Source: an uncultured Bacteroidales bacterium
GTDB lineage: Bacteria > Bacteroidota > Bacteroidia > Bacteroidales > VadinHA17
Assembly (NCBI GenBank): GCA_963701745.1
Contig: CAVPBE010000001.1
Coordinates: 1,367,931-1,431,930, forward strand
Length of the DNA stretch: 64,000 nucleotides
Reading direction: 5' to 3'
Below, piece after piece: positions 33,838 to 42,510 of the stretch. Under the pieces are notes generated by a model. The model was not told the DNA's origin. It made no database searches and worked only from the letters and a program-made list of their open reading frames with translations. The stretch's first letter is position 1. Each line of letters starts with the position of its first letter. The translations under genes and the position numbers were made by a program.

Positions 33838-35028
33838 TTACTCGATGAGATTCAGCTTAAACTTTTGGCATCCATAATTTTTTAGAATGGAAACAGCATT
33901 TTCCAGTGTTTCCGAAAGTGCATTCCCAGCGCTTTTCTGGCAAAAAGGGCAGGCATGAATATCCCCCAGCGAGTCGATATAAAGATACCTGTTACCTGCA
34001 CCGAAGCACCCCATCCTCCTCTGGTTATATCCGGGGTAGGTTATTATCGGATAGCCGATGAATTTTTCAGAGGTATTAAAATCACGAAAAAAAACTTCAA
34101 GCAGGTCGGTTTGCTCCTTTTGCAGTTCAATGTCTTTTCCTTTGTACCTGCCGGCTTCACGCGGTTCAAGTACTCTAATAAAGCCGACTCCCCACTCTTT
34201 GGCCAGGCCAGCATATTTTAAAAGATTCTCACTTGTGACAAATGACCTGAAAGCACAAAGCGAAAGGGTAGTGGCTATGCCCGCCTTTCTGCAATTCTTA
34301 ACCGCCTCCCTTACCCAGTAAAATGATTTGGAGTTGTTTCTTGATCTGTTATGTTCACCCTCTTCCCAGTGATCAAGACTTATGTCTGCTCCGGTCAGGC
34401 CTGCATTTCTTAGCTCCAGGGCTTTTTCCAGTGTAAGTCCGAAACCAGACGTAAGAAGCCATAGATCAGCTCCTTTGCCCGAAAACCGGATCAGTTCTGT
34501 CAGGTCGTTGAATCGTTCAAGAGGTTCGCCGCCGCTCAATTGAATGTGGTTCACCCCATATTCCTTTATTTTGCAGATGATCTCCTTCAGATTTTCATGA
34601 GTTAGCTTGTCAGCGTGAGAAATATTATTCCATTCATAGCAATGGAGACAGCCCAGCCGGCATCTTGAAGTAATGGCAAAGATGATGGTGGAGAGAGGAG
34701 TCCTTTTATGCAGATCTAATGACCTTAGTATTTCACCCCTGAAAAACCCGTTGAAGGCTGCCGATGGCCATCCCGGAATGTTTTCGGAGAAGAAGTATCG
34801 TCGTCCTGCTTTATAATATTTAATAACCCCGGGAAGTCCCTGGACTGTTCCTCTTTTTTTAAGTACTTTCCTTAGAGTCTTGACCCCGGAGAAAGGATTG
34901 TTATTAGTCGTGGCTGTAAGGAACAGGATATTGATCATAAGGCAAATCTTTATTAACCTTGCCCTGATCCCGGTAATAATAGTACCACTCTCATTCCGGT
35001 CGTCCCCCTGACTCAATCCGTTTCTCAT
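33838..35028 (-). CDS. Radical SAM enzyme with C-terminal auxiliary Cys motif (twitch/SPASM-like)
   Basis: CxxxCxxC in ITSRCRLGCLHCYEW, the SAM-binding motif QLSGGEPL, and a C-terminal CFGAGNRYLYIDSLGDIHACPFC. The start is uncertain (35028 or the Met at 34938). Confidence 0.8.
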   Translation of the reverse strand: MRNGLSQGDDRNESGTIITGIRARLIKICLMINILFLTATTNNNPFSGVKTLRKVLKKRGTVQGLPGVIKYYKAGRRYFFSENIPGWPSAAFNGFFRGEILRSLDLHKRTPLSTIIFAITSRCRLGCLHCYEWNNISHADKLTHENLKEIICKIKEYGVNHIQLSGGEPLERFNDLTELIRFSGKGADLWLLTSGFGLTLEKALELRNAGLTGADISLDHWEEGEHNRSRNNSKSFYWVREAVKNCRKAGIATTLSLCAFRSFVTSENLLKYAGLAKEWGVGFIRVLEPREAGRYKGKDIELQKEQTDLLEVFFRDFNTSEKFIGYPIITYPGYNQRRMGCFGAGNRYLYIDSLGDIHACPFCQKSAGNALSETLENAVSILKNYGCQKFKLNLIE

Positions 35029-35046
35029 TTGTTTATGGTGAAGAAT

Positions 35047-36678
35047 TTACCTGTTAGTCAGCAGTTTGTACGTTTCTTTTGAAAACTCGGGGAAACGGTT
35101 CGGCCTTCTGAATGTTTTCAATGCTTGCTTATCTGGAGGTCCTGTCTGGTCCCTCAGTATCTTATAATAGCCGCTGGTATGAAGGAATACTGATCTGGAG
35201 GAATTCTGCATGGATGGTTCATTAAAATCAAGCATTATCTTATCTCCGACTTCCTTCAGGACCATATAGCTCTTGTCTTTAGAACGAATCAGATCAATGA
35301 CATCAGCTCCGTTCCTGTCAAGAGCACTGGCAGCGGCAAGATCAGCCTGAAAAACATTTTCCGTTTTACTGAAATCCATGCCTGCGTAATCGACCTCCCA
35401 GAATAGAAAACCCGTTTCGAGTTTTATTTTAACAGTATCGGAACTTATCCCTGACAGATCCACAGGCAAAACATCGTCTCTCATTGCCATTGGTCCGGCA
35501 ATATTAAAATAACCTGCAGATTGCCATTTTCCATCTTTTTCAACATAAACTGATAAAGGAATCTTCTGATCAAGAAGAAACTTGTTAAGCTTTCCGGTTG
35601 AAGCCGATTCCTGCTTATCTGAAAATGTATTGTACTTTTCTCCAAACATGGAATGGAATTTAGTAAAGAGTACGTCGAGCCAGAAAGAGTTTTTTGCTCT
35701 GATAACCAGTTTAGCCGATTTGCAGTCATGCGGTTTAAAGAACTTCATAACAATTGTTTCTATGCCATCTTTTCCTACATCCTGCGGATTACCTGAAAAA
35801 TAAATAGAATCTATCTTTCCAATAAGATCAAGGATATCTCTGCCGGTATTGTTCTCGGCGGTTACAGGAACAGTGGGCTTATGATAAGTCTGGATCTGCC
35901 CGGTCTTATCTATCAGCACAGAAAGGTCCGCAGGATGATCAACGATAAGCAGACTGGCAAGGTTGACCGACTGTATCTCGTGAACCTCATTGGTGAGTCT
36001 GATGCTGTATTTCCCGTCATCAGAAAAAACACGTGGAATAAGCATATAATCATCACGCTCCAGTCTGGGTTGAGTTGCACCACTGAAAATCTCTCCCGTA
36101 AACAGATAATCATTGCCATCGTAAGCATAGACGAAGGGGCATGAAGATTTTGTCAGTGCAATAATTACCAGAAGGACGCCAAAGGCCCCGGCGGCAACAC
36201 CAAGTGCGCTAAATGCCCAGGATGCTGTAGTTGCTCCTTTGTCTTTATCATAAACCTCTATTTTTTCAATGGCGCCTGCAGGAACAGAAATCCTACCCTT
36301 CTCAATTTCTGAATACTCAGTCACATAAATATGCACTTCGCTGAGAATATATGATTCATTATGACTCTTGCTCTTCAGGTATCTGTTTGAATTTTCAGGC
36401 CTGACACTTTTATATCTTTCATGACCTATCAATTCCGAAATTGATCCTGAAAGAGATTCCTCATTGACAATTATATCTGTTAATTGCCAGGCTTTATCGT
36501 CAAGATGGAGGATTATGAATTTCTGCTGATCCTGCATTTTGTTTATGACATCCCCGGGTTGTTCAGATGGTCGTACCACCTTAAAGTAATAACATCCGCT
36601 TGTCATAGTCAATAATGAACAGATCATTATCCAGGCAATTGGCCGGGATATTACCGGTAAACGAAGGACTTTAAGCAT
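35047..36678 (-). CDS. Large lipoprotein-signal protein with an internal TM helix, unknown function
   Basis: The ORF extends to 36825, but the likely start is MLKVLRLPV...LLTMTSGC (lipobox). An internal hydrophobic helix WAFSALGVAAGAFGVLLVIIALT. No family recognised. Confidence 0.6.
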   Translation of the reverse strand: MLKVLRLPVISRPIAWIMICSLLTMTSGCYYFKVVRPSEQPGDVINKMQDQQKFIILHLDDKAWQLTDIIVNEESLSGSISELIGHERYKSVRPENSNRYLKSKSHNESYILSEVHIYVTEYSEIEKGRISVPAGAIEKIEVYDKDKGATTASWAFSALGVAAGAFGVLLVIIALTKSSCPFVYAYDGNDYLFTGEIFSGATQPRLERDDYMLIPRVFSDDGKYSIRLTNEVHEIQSVNLASLLIVDHPADLSVLIDKTGQIQTYHKPTVPVTAENNTGRDILDLIGKIDSIYFSGNPQDVGKDGIETIVMKFFKPHDCKSAKLVIRAKNSFWLDVLFTKFHSMFGEKYNTFSDKQESASTGKLNKFLLDQKIPLSVYVEKDGKWQSAGYFNIAGPMAMRDDVLPVDLSGISSDTVKIKLETGFLFWEVDYAGMDFSKTENVFQADLAAASALDRNGADVIDLIRSKDKSYMVLKEVGDKIMLDFNEPSMQNSSRSVFLHTSGYYKILRDQTGPPDKQALKTFRRPNRFPEFSKETYKLLTNR

Positions 36679-36701
36679 ATGAATAATTTTACATTGAAAG
36701 C

Positions 36702-37475
36702 TTAGAAACCAACTGAAATACCTATTTGCGGGCAGAAAAAAGTGAAAAACGGAATCACTGATGTTTCCAGTCCTCCAGTGATCAAAAAATGATCGCTGAG
36801 AAATATCTTCTCCCTGACATTCCACATCAGGCTTCCTGCCAGGATAGGCCTGGTTTTATACCCGTAATCATAATACGTGTCATAGTCGACCTTTCTGTAA
36901 GAGCCGAGCAGTAATGAAAAGCCTGTTGAAAATCTTGTGATTCCGGTCCTTATAAGAGACTGACTGAAGGGATAGAAATTTACTCCGGTTTTTATGAAAA
37001 AATAGTGAGGACTGAAGTTATAAAACTGCATCCAGCCATGGTAATCATACCAGTATATGCCATCGTATGTATTAAAATTTATAAGCAATCCTGTAACAAA
37101 ACCTGTTTTACCATTTATCGAAATTCTTTCATAATCAAGATATGTTTTGCCAGTGAATAAATTAACCATTTCAGTGCTGAAATAATTTCGGTCCGTTTTT
37201 TTAATAGGTGGTTCCTGAGTTTTGGCATCATGAGTAAAGTCAAGAGATTTTCCGCCTGCGTATTTCAGGCTGTCAAGCCCTGATTTGCTTAAGAAATGAT
37301 AATATCCGGAAGAATCGGCATAGATCTGGTACTTGATTGTATTTTCATTCACATATATAATCTTGACTTTCAATGAAGTGGAGTTCTTTTTGTATAATAT
37401 GTCCTGGCTTAAAACGGTACCAGGTATTATAAGGAGGAGAAGAAACAGAGCGCCTTTGAACTGATAATTTTCCAT
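36702..37475 (-). CDS. Predicted outer-membrane beta-barrel protein, unknown function
   Basis: The likely start is MENYQFKGALFLLLLIIPGTVLSQ. Tyr/Gly-rich strand pattern and a C-terminal ...GISVGF ending in Phe. Confidence 0.55.
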   Translation of the reverse strand: MENYQFKGALFLLLLIIPGTVLSQDILYKKNSTSLKVKIIYVNENTIKYQIYADSSGYYHFLSKSGLDSLKYAGGKSLDFTHDAKTQEPPIKKTDRNYFSTEMVNLFTGKTYLDYERISINGKTGFVTGLLINFNTYDGIYWYDYHGWMQFYNFSPHYFFIKTGVNFYPFSQSLIRTGITRFSTGFSLLLGSYRKVDYDTYYDYGYKTRPILAGSLMWNVREKIFLSDHFLITGGLETSVIPFFTFFCPQIGISVGF

Positions 37476-37663
37476 TGCATGGGTTTCCTTAATCAAATTT
37501 ACACTCAAAACAACAGGAAACAAATTTTTCTTTTGGAACAGAATGGCTACCTGGTGGCGCAGATATGAATGCACAAGACTCCGGCTGCAAATAAAAATTC
37601 AAAAAAAGAGACCTTCGGAATTCCCGAGGGTTACCGGGCTGTTTATAAAGTCTAAATCCATTA

Positions 37664-37765
37664 ACCGCAAAGATCACGAAGGATTTACGCAAAGATCGCA
37701 AAGAGCTAATTATTGAAGGTTTATCTTTGTGTGCTTTGCGCCTTCTTTTTGCCTGCATTGCGGTT
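37664..37765. repeat. Phased-heptamer hairpin element, CGCAAAG word
   Basis: CGCAAAG/CACGAAG at 37666, 37676, 37688, 37697. Inverted units CTTTGTG (37725), CTTTGCG (37734), then a degenerate tail. Confidence 0.8.
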
Positions 37766-37816
37766 AAGAAAGACTTTTTCAACAACCCAAAAGTTTTTAT
37801 TTTTAATCAATCCTTT

Positions 37817-37872
37817 CCCCTCCTTGACAAGGAGGGGTGTCCCGATTGAAGCATCGGGAAGGGGTTGTTAAC
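37817..37872. repeat. Two-hairpin cassette related to the right half of 329-463
   Basis: Hairpins cccctccttgacaaggagggg and tcccgattgaagcatcggga, followed by aggggttgttaac (compare ggggtggttaac at 455-466). Confidence 0.75.
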
Positions 37873-37901
37873 TACACTTTTTGCAGAGTCTCGGTTTCGA
37901 T

Positions 37902-38240
37902 CTAGTTCAAACTCCTTAAATTCGTAATTGCCTCCGGTACGTATTTATGGATCCCTGCCACAATGGTACACGTATCCATCAAATTACAGTCGCCGCATGT
38001 TTCGAATCCCTTTGCCTTTACGCAGTTTCTTATTTCACACTCGCCACAATGGCTGAATTTAACACCATCTGTTCTGCACCCGGTGCAGTTTATCATGGTG
38101 TATACAAGGCTGGGAGCATTATAGGCAACCCTCCATTTTTCAGCAGTTACTTTTCTGAGTTCGTCATCATTATTGACAGTGGCAATATACGCGTCACATG
38201 TTTTGCAGTTTAATCCGCAGCAGGAGATAAGTTTTTCCAT
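37902..38240 (-). CDS. DUF3795-like cysteine-rich protein
   Basis: 112 aa. CCGLNCKTC...CTGCR...CGECEIRNC...CGDC is the pattern typical of DUF3795. Confidence 0.7.
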   Translation of the reverse strand: MEKLISCCGLNCKTCDAYIATVNNDDELRKVTAEKWRVAYNAPSLVYTMINCTGCRTDGVKFSHCGECEIRNCVKAKGFETCGDCNLMDTCTIVAGIHKYVPEAITNLRSLN

Positions 38241-38350
38241 TTTTCAAATTTTGGTTTCAATTACTTCAGTATTTTACCGATTGATTAGTTTTTAATCAAT
38301 CTAGCTATAACAAGTTATAAATTTTTACAAATAGACAAATATAAATCGAT

Positions 38351-38388
38351 AAATAAATAAAAAAGCCCCCCAGGTCATGGGCGGCTTT
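38351..38388 (-). terminator. Rho-independent terminator downstream of the Gfo/Idh/MocA pseudogene
   Basis: On the minus strand, the hairpin aaagccgcccatgacctggggggcttt is followed by ttttttatttattt. Confidence 0.65.
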
Positions 38389-38403
38389 TAGATTCAAAAC
38401 GAA

Positions 38404-39271
38404 TTAAAGTTTATATGGTATCCTGTATTCATAGTCCATTAGCCTGTGACTGCAAGCCTCTTTATCGTCGACAGATGCGTATGTAGCCGGATCCCATTTC
38501 AGGGGTCTCTTAAGTTCATTTGCAATATTGCCCAGGCAGTATGTTATTGCAGTACTGCAGCCTACCTCAATTGATGCGATCGGTTTCTGGCGTGAACGTA
38601 CGGAATCGATGAAATTCTGCATGTGAGGTGAACTTATCTCAAACTGCAGGCCAGCCTGTGTGGGAGCTGGACGGGCCTGGGTTTAAGCCTGGGTGTCAGC
38701 CTGACGCTCCTGGGCGGCAGCAGCTGTTCTCTGTCCCTGCTGAGCGGCAGCTGGTCGTCCTGCTCTTGGTTGCGGGCGGTTTCCTGCAATTTCTGCCGGT
38801 ATAAGTGAAGGATCAGAACATGCTATGTATCCCCTTGCCACCTCTATCCAACCTTTTGTTCCGATGAATTTAATACCCTGTGCTCCAGGATTATCCTCAA
38901 GATAAGGCTGTTCAGTCATTACAACGCCGGTCTTGTATTTGAAAGTCATATATTGCTGTCCATTGTAGCCTTTCGGAATAGTTTCGCATGGTGCTGAACC
39001 ATCCATGCCGATAGCTGCCTGGGCTATATCGAACATATGGGCTCCCCAATCAGCCGTGTAGCCGTCTGAAGTCCGGGGGCACCGGCAAATCCTCTGAAAT
39101 CGGAGAGTGCCTGACGCCCCAGACCAATCGTTCCCATCAGAACACGTTCACTAGGAGCCACACGAATCCCGTTTATAACATAGCTTGGCAGGATTGTGAG
39201 ACCTGTCAGTCCGATCGCTGATAATCCCAGAAAATCCCGGCGGTTTAATCCTGTATTCGACTTTTCTTCAT
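38404..39271 (-). pseudogene. Degraded TAT-signal Gfo/Idh/MocA-family oxidoreductase (frameshifts, internal deletion, in-frame stop)
   Basis: ATG at 39271, then a frameshift before NRRDFLGLSAIGLTG...MGTIGLGRQ. The frame changes again, with most of the Rossmann domain missing, before DWGAHMFDIAQAAIGMD. An in-frame TAA at 38683-38685 precedes the conserved C-terminus HMQNFIDSVRSRQKP... Confidence 0.75.
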
Positions 39272-39361
39272 TATATAAAATGGTTTATGGTTAATTGATT
39301 AATAACTGTCTAAAAATAGAAAATAGTTTTAAGCAGCTTATCAGGAGCCGGTAAATTTTAA

Positions 39362-39400
39362 ATAAAAAATCCGGTTGTGAAATGAATCACACACCGGATT
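39362..39400 (-). terminator. Rho-independent terminator of the 76-aa gene
   Basis: On the minus strand, the hairpin aatccggtgtgtgattcatttcacaaccggatt is followed by ttttttattt. Confidence 0.65.
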
Positions 39401-39423
39401 ATCTATTATTTCTTATAAAGAAA

Positions 39424-39654
39424 TTATTTGGCTCCCGTGGTTTTTGATCCGCAGGTTCCTGTGCAGGAACCAGTTTTTCCGCAATCAGGACTTACTGTTT
39501 TTGCTTCTGTCTGGTGTCCGGGACAGGTTGCTGGATCGCAAACTTCAGTTTTAGCTTTCTTCGTCTCCTTTTTTGAACCAATGGCATTTACAAAAAGGAT
39601 TACTACACATGCCATTATTAATAAACTTCCGATACCTATAAGTAGTTTCTTCAT
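39424..39654 (-). CDS. Small signal-anchored Cys/Thr/Gly-rich protein, unknown function
   Basis: 76 aa with an N-terminal hydrophobic helix and the C-terminal region CDPATCPGHQ...CGKTGSCTGTCGSKTTGAK. It has its own terminator. Confidence 0.5.
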   Translation of the reverse strand: MKKLLIGIGSLLIMACVVILFVNAIGSKKETKKAKTEVCDPATCPGHQTEAKTVSPDCGKTGSCTGTCGSKTTGAK

Positions 39655-39781
39655 GTTTATAATTTTTTAAGTTAGAGGGTCAATATTACAAATATTTTAT
39701 CATTTATCATTTGCCATAACGGAAATTCAGCTAAAATATTTAATTTTCTAATGTTTATTCTGCCATTAACCGCCTGTAAAA

Positions 39782-40570
39782 ATGACGAAGATATTGATCT
39801 CCCTGTTCATCCTGATAAGTATCTCATCCTCAGCTTATCCTCAATATTCAACCCTCAATGCTCATTCCCACAATGATTATGAAAATACTCCTCCATTCTG
39901 GCTTGCTTACAATAATCATTTCGGGTCGATTGAAGCCGATATATGGGCAATCAATGGCGAATTATTTGTTTCTCATAATTTGAAAGATATAATATCTTCC
40001 AGGACTCTGGATTCTCTTTATATTCAGCCAATTGTCAGAGTATTCCGGCAGAATGGGAGCAGAGCCTGGAAAGACTATCCAGGTACATTTCAGTTGCTGA
40101 TCGATCTTAAAACACCTGTTGAGCCAACTCTTTCATTACTGATTCAGAAACTGATACTGTTTCCGGATGTATTCAATCCGGATATAAATAAAAACGCAGT
40201 ACTGATTGTCATAACCGGTAACAGGCCTGATCCTTCTGAATTCACAAAATATCCGGGTTTTATTTTTTTTGATGGCAATGTGGCACTGAAATACGACAAA
40301 GAGCAGTTGAAAAGGATTGCTCTTTACAGCGAAAATTTCAGGAATTTCTCTTCCTGGAGCGGGGAAGGTGAAATATTTGAGAAAGATAAAGTCAGGATGG
40401 ATGGTATTATTGATTCGGTCCATTCTTTGAAGAAGAAGATCAGATTCTGGAACGCTCCTGATGGAACTGATTCATGGAATACTTTTATGAAAATGGAAAT
40501 TGATTTCATAAATACCGATCATATAATAAAACTAGCCGAATATTTAAATAATCCTCCCTCATCTTATTGA
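39782..40570 (+). CDS. Secreted PI-PLC/GDPD-superfamily phosphodiesterase (Ca-dependent phosphoinositide phospholipase C-like)
   Basis: 262 aa with a signal peptide. The N-terminal motif AHSHNDYENTPPFWLAYNNHFGSIEADIWAINGELFVSHN matches the AHxHNDY...EADV...L.V.H pattern of that family. Confidence 0.65.
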   Translation: MTKILISLFILISISSSAYPQYSTLNAHSHNDYENTPPFWLAYNNHFGSIEADIWAINGELFVSHNLKDIISSRTLDSLYIQPIVRVFRQNGSRAWKDYPGTFQLLIDLKTPVEPTLSLLIQKLILFPDVFNPDINKNAVLIVITGNRPDPSEFTKYPGFIFFDGNVALKYDKEQLKRIALYSENFRNFSSWSGEGEIFEKDKVRMDGIIDSVHSLKKKIRFWNAPDGTDSWNTFMKMEIDFINTDHIIKLAEYLNNPPSSY

Positions 40571-40661
40571 AGACGAAAAAATTATTTATTTTTAATCCAG
40601 TACTTATCTTCCTGAAATATTTTTGGTTTAAGACCCCTGCAACCTTAATAATCGTCTATAA

Positions 40662-42470
40662 ATGAAGCAATTCGCTACTATTGACTGGGTAATTTTCTTT
40701 GCTTATGCTTTAGTCATTGTGGGCCTTGGTCTCTGGGTCTCAAGAACCAAAAAAGGCCAGCAGAAAACCTCACAGGATTATTTCTTAGCCAACCGTTCGT
40801 TGCCCTGGTGGGCGATCGGATCGACTTTATTGGCCGCTAACATCTCAGCAGAACATTTTATTGCAATGTCAGGATCTGGATATGCTGTTGGATTAGCTAT
40901 TGCAGCTTATGAATGGATAGCGGCAGCTGTTCTGATCCTTGTGGCCAAGTATTTTCTTCCTGTTTTTATTGAGAAGAAAATTTATACAATGCCTCAATTC
41001 CTTACGCAGCGGTACGATAAGAGGGTAAGTACAAGCCTGGCAGTATTCTGGATACTGGTATACATCTTTATTAACATGACAGCTGTAATATATCTTGGGG
41101 CTCTGGCCATGGAACGCATAATAGGATTGCCTCTTATATACGGGGTCATAGCATTTTCGTTCTTTTCTGCTTTATATTCATTGTGGGGAGGAATGAAAGC
41201 TGTTGCCTGGACAGATGTGTTTAATGTTTTTGTTTTAATACTGGGTGGACTTATCACTACTGCATATTCTCTTAATGCCCTTAGCGACGGGAACGGGATA
41301 TTCGCTGGCTTTTCAGAACTCCTGGAAAAAGCGCCTCAGAAATTCCATATGATCATCGAAAAAGGAACAGTATCGGTTCCAGATGGTAAAGGAGGTCTGA
41401 AGGATGCATTCCTTGATCTACCGGGTCTGGGCGTGGTGATAGGATCAATGTGGCTTACAAATATCGGATTCTGGGGTTTCAATCAGTTTATTATACAACG
41501 TGGACTTGCCGGTAAATCATTGAAGGAAGCACAGCATGGAGTGGTATTTGCCGGATACCTTAAATTACTTGTACCCCTGCTTGTTGTAATCCCAGGCATT
41601 GCAGTTTTTGCACTCGGCGTAAAACTTGGAAAATCAGACGAAGCCTACCCATGGCTGATAGCCAATATTGTACCGGTAGGAGTCTCAGGACTTTCACTGG
41701 CGGCAATTGCCGCAGCTGCCGTATCATCTATAAGCTCTCTGGTAAACAGTACATCAACCATTTTTACAATTGATATTTATAAGAGCTACATTAATAAAAA
41801 TGCTTCAGAAAAGCTTTTGGTAAGAACCGGCAGGATAACAGCATTGGTTGCTCTGCTAATCTCAACTGCCGTAGCACCTGAGCTGAAATCTCTTGATCAG
41901 GCTTACCAGTATATCCAGGAATATACCGGATATATATACCCGGGTACTTTCCTCATATTCTTTTGCGGACTTTTCTGGAGACGGGCTTCTGCCAATGCAG
42001 CTCTCTGGACAGCCATACTTACCATTCCACTGGGAATTTTATTTAAAATCATAAATCCGGAGATGCCTTTTATACTTCGCATAGGATATGTTTTTATAGT
42101 ACTATCCCTGGTAATGATTGGTTTGAGCCTTCTGGATAAAGTACATACTATAGATAATGTTCATAACGAAGAATTAGCCAGGAAGAGAATCAGACTTGGG
42201 ACAAGGATGATTTCAGCGGCAGTGTTAGTCGGAATTGTAATGGCCTTCTTTGTCAGGCAGTATAAAAACCTTGCACTTGAAGCTGGTTATGTTATTGTTG
42301 CCGGTTTTATCCTTTTAGGATTTATCATAATTCTGAACAATACACAGAAGAAAATGAATAATAAGGGTATCATTATCAGAGAAGGAATTTTTGAAACTAC
42401 CCCGGCATTCAATATAGCTGCTATAGGTGTTTGTGGTATATTGGCTCTTCTTTATACAGTATTCTGGTAA
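40662..42470 (+). CDS. Sodium:solute symporter family (SSF/SLC5-like) transporter, candidate inositol transporter
   Basis: 602 aa with about 14 TM helices and the typical SSF N-terminus (DYFLANRSLPWWAIGSTLLAANISAEHF). The substrate is inferred only from context. Confidence 0.8.
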   Translation: MKQFATIDWVIFFAYALVIVGLGLWVSRTKKGQQKTSQDYFLANRSLPWWAIGSTLLAANISAEHFIAMSGSGYAVGLAIAAYEWIAAAVLILVAKYFLPVFIEKKIYTMPQFLTQRYDKRVSTSLAVFWILVYIFINMTAVIYLGALAMERIIGLPLIYGVIAFSFFSALYSLWGGMKAVAWTDVFNVFVLILGGLITTAYSLNALSDGNGIFAGFSELLEKAPQKFHMIIEKGTVSVPDGKGGLKDAFLDLPGLGVVIGSMWLTNIGFWGFNQFIIQRGLAGKSLKEAQHGVVFAGYLKLLVPLLVVIPGIAVFALGVKLGKSDEAYPWLIANIVPVGVSGLSLAAIAAAAVSSISSLVNSTSTIFTIDIYKSYINKNASEKLLVRTGRITALVALLISTAVAPELKSLDQAYQYIQEYTGYIYPGTFLIFFCGLFWRRASANAALWTAILTIPLGILFKIINPEMPFILRIGYVFIVLSLVMIGLSLLDKVHTIDNVHNEELARKRIRLGTRMISAAVLVGIVMAFFVRQYKNLALEAGYVIVAGFILLGFIIILNNTQKKMNNKGIIIREGIFETTPAFNIAAIGVCGILALLYTVFW

Positions 42471-42510
42471 TTAACCTGAAATTTGGCAATCATAACTGGA
42501 GCACTTTACA

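Noticed and set aside
37489-37785. A 98-aa ORF on the minus strand.
   Set aside because: It is composed almost entirely of the CGCAAAG phased-repeat element and the 5' flank of the beta-barrel gene. It is an artefact of translating the repeat.
39424-39654. I considered whether the Cys-rich 76-aa protein is the precursor peptide for the radical SAM enzyme at 33838-35028.
   Set aside because: It lies 4.4 kb away, with unrelated genes and a pseudogene between. It has its own terminator, and it carries a signal-anchor rather than a leader peptide.
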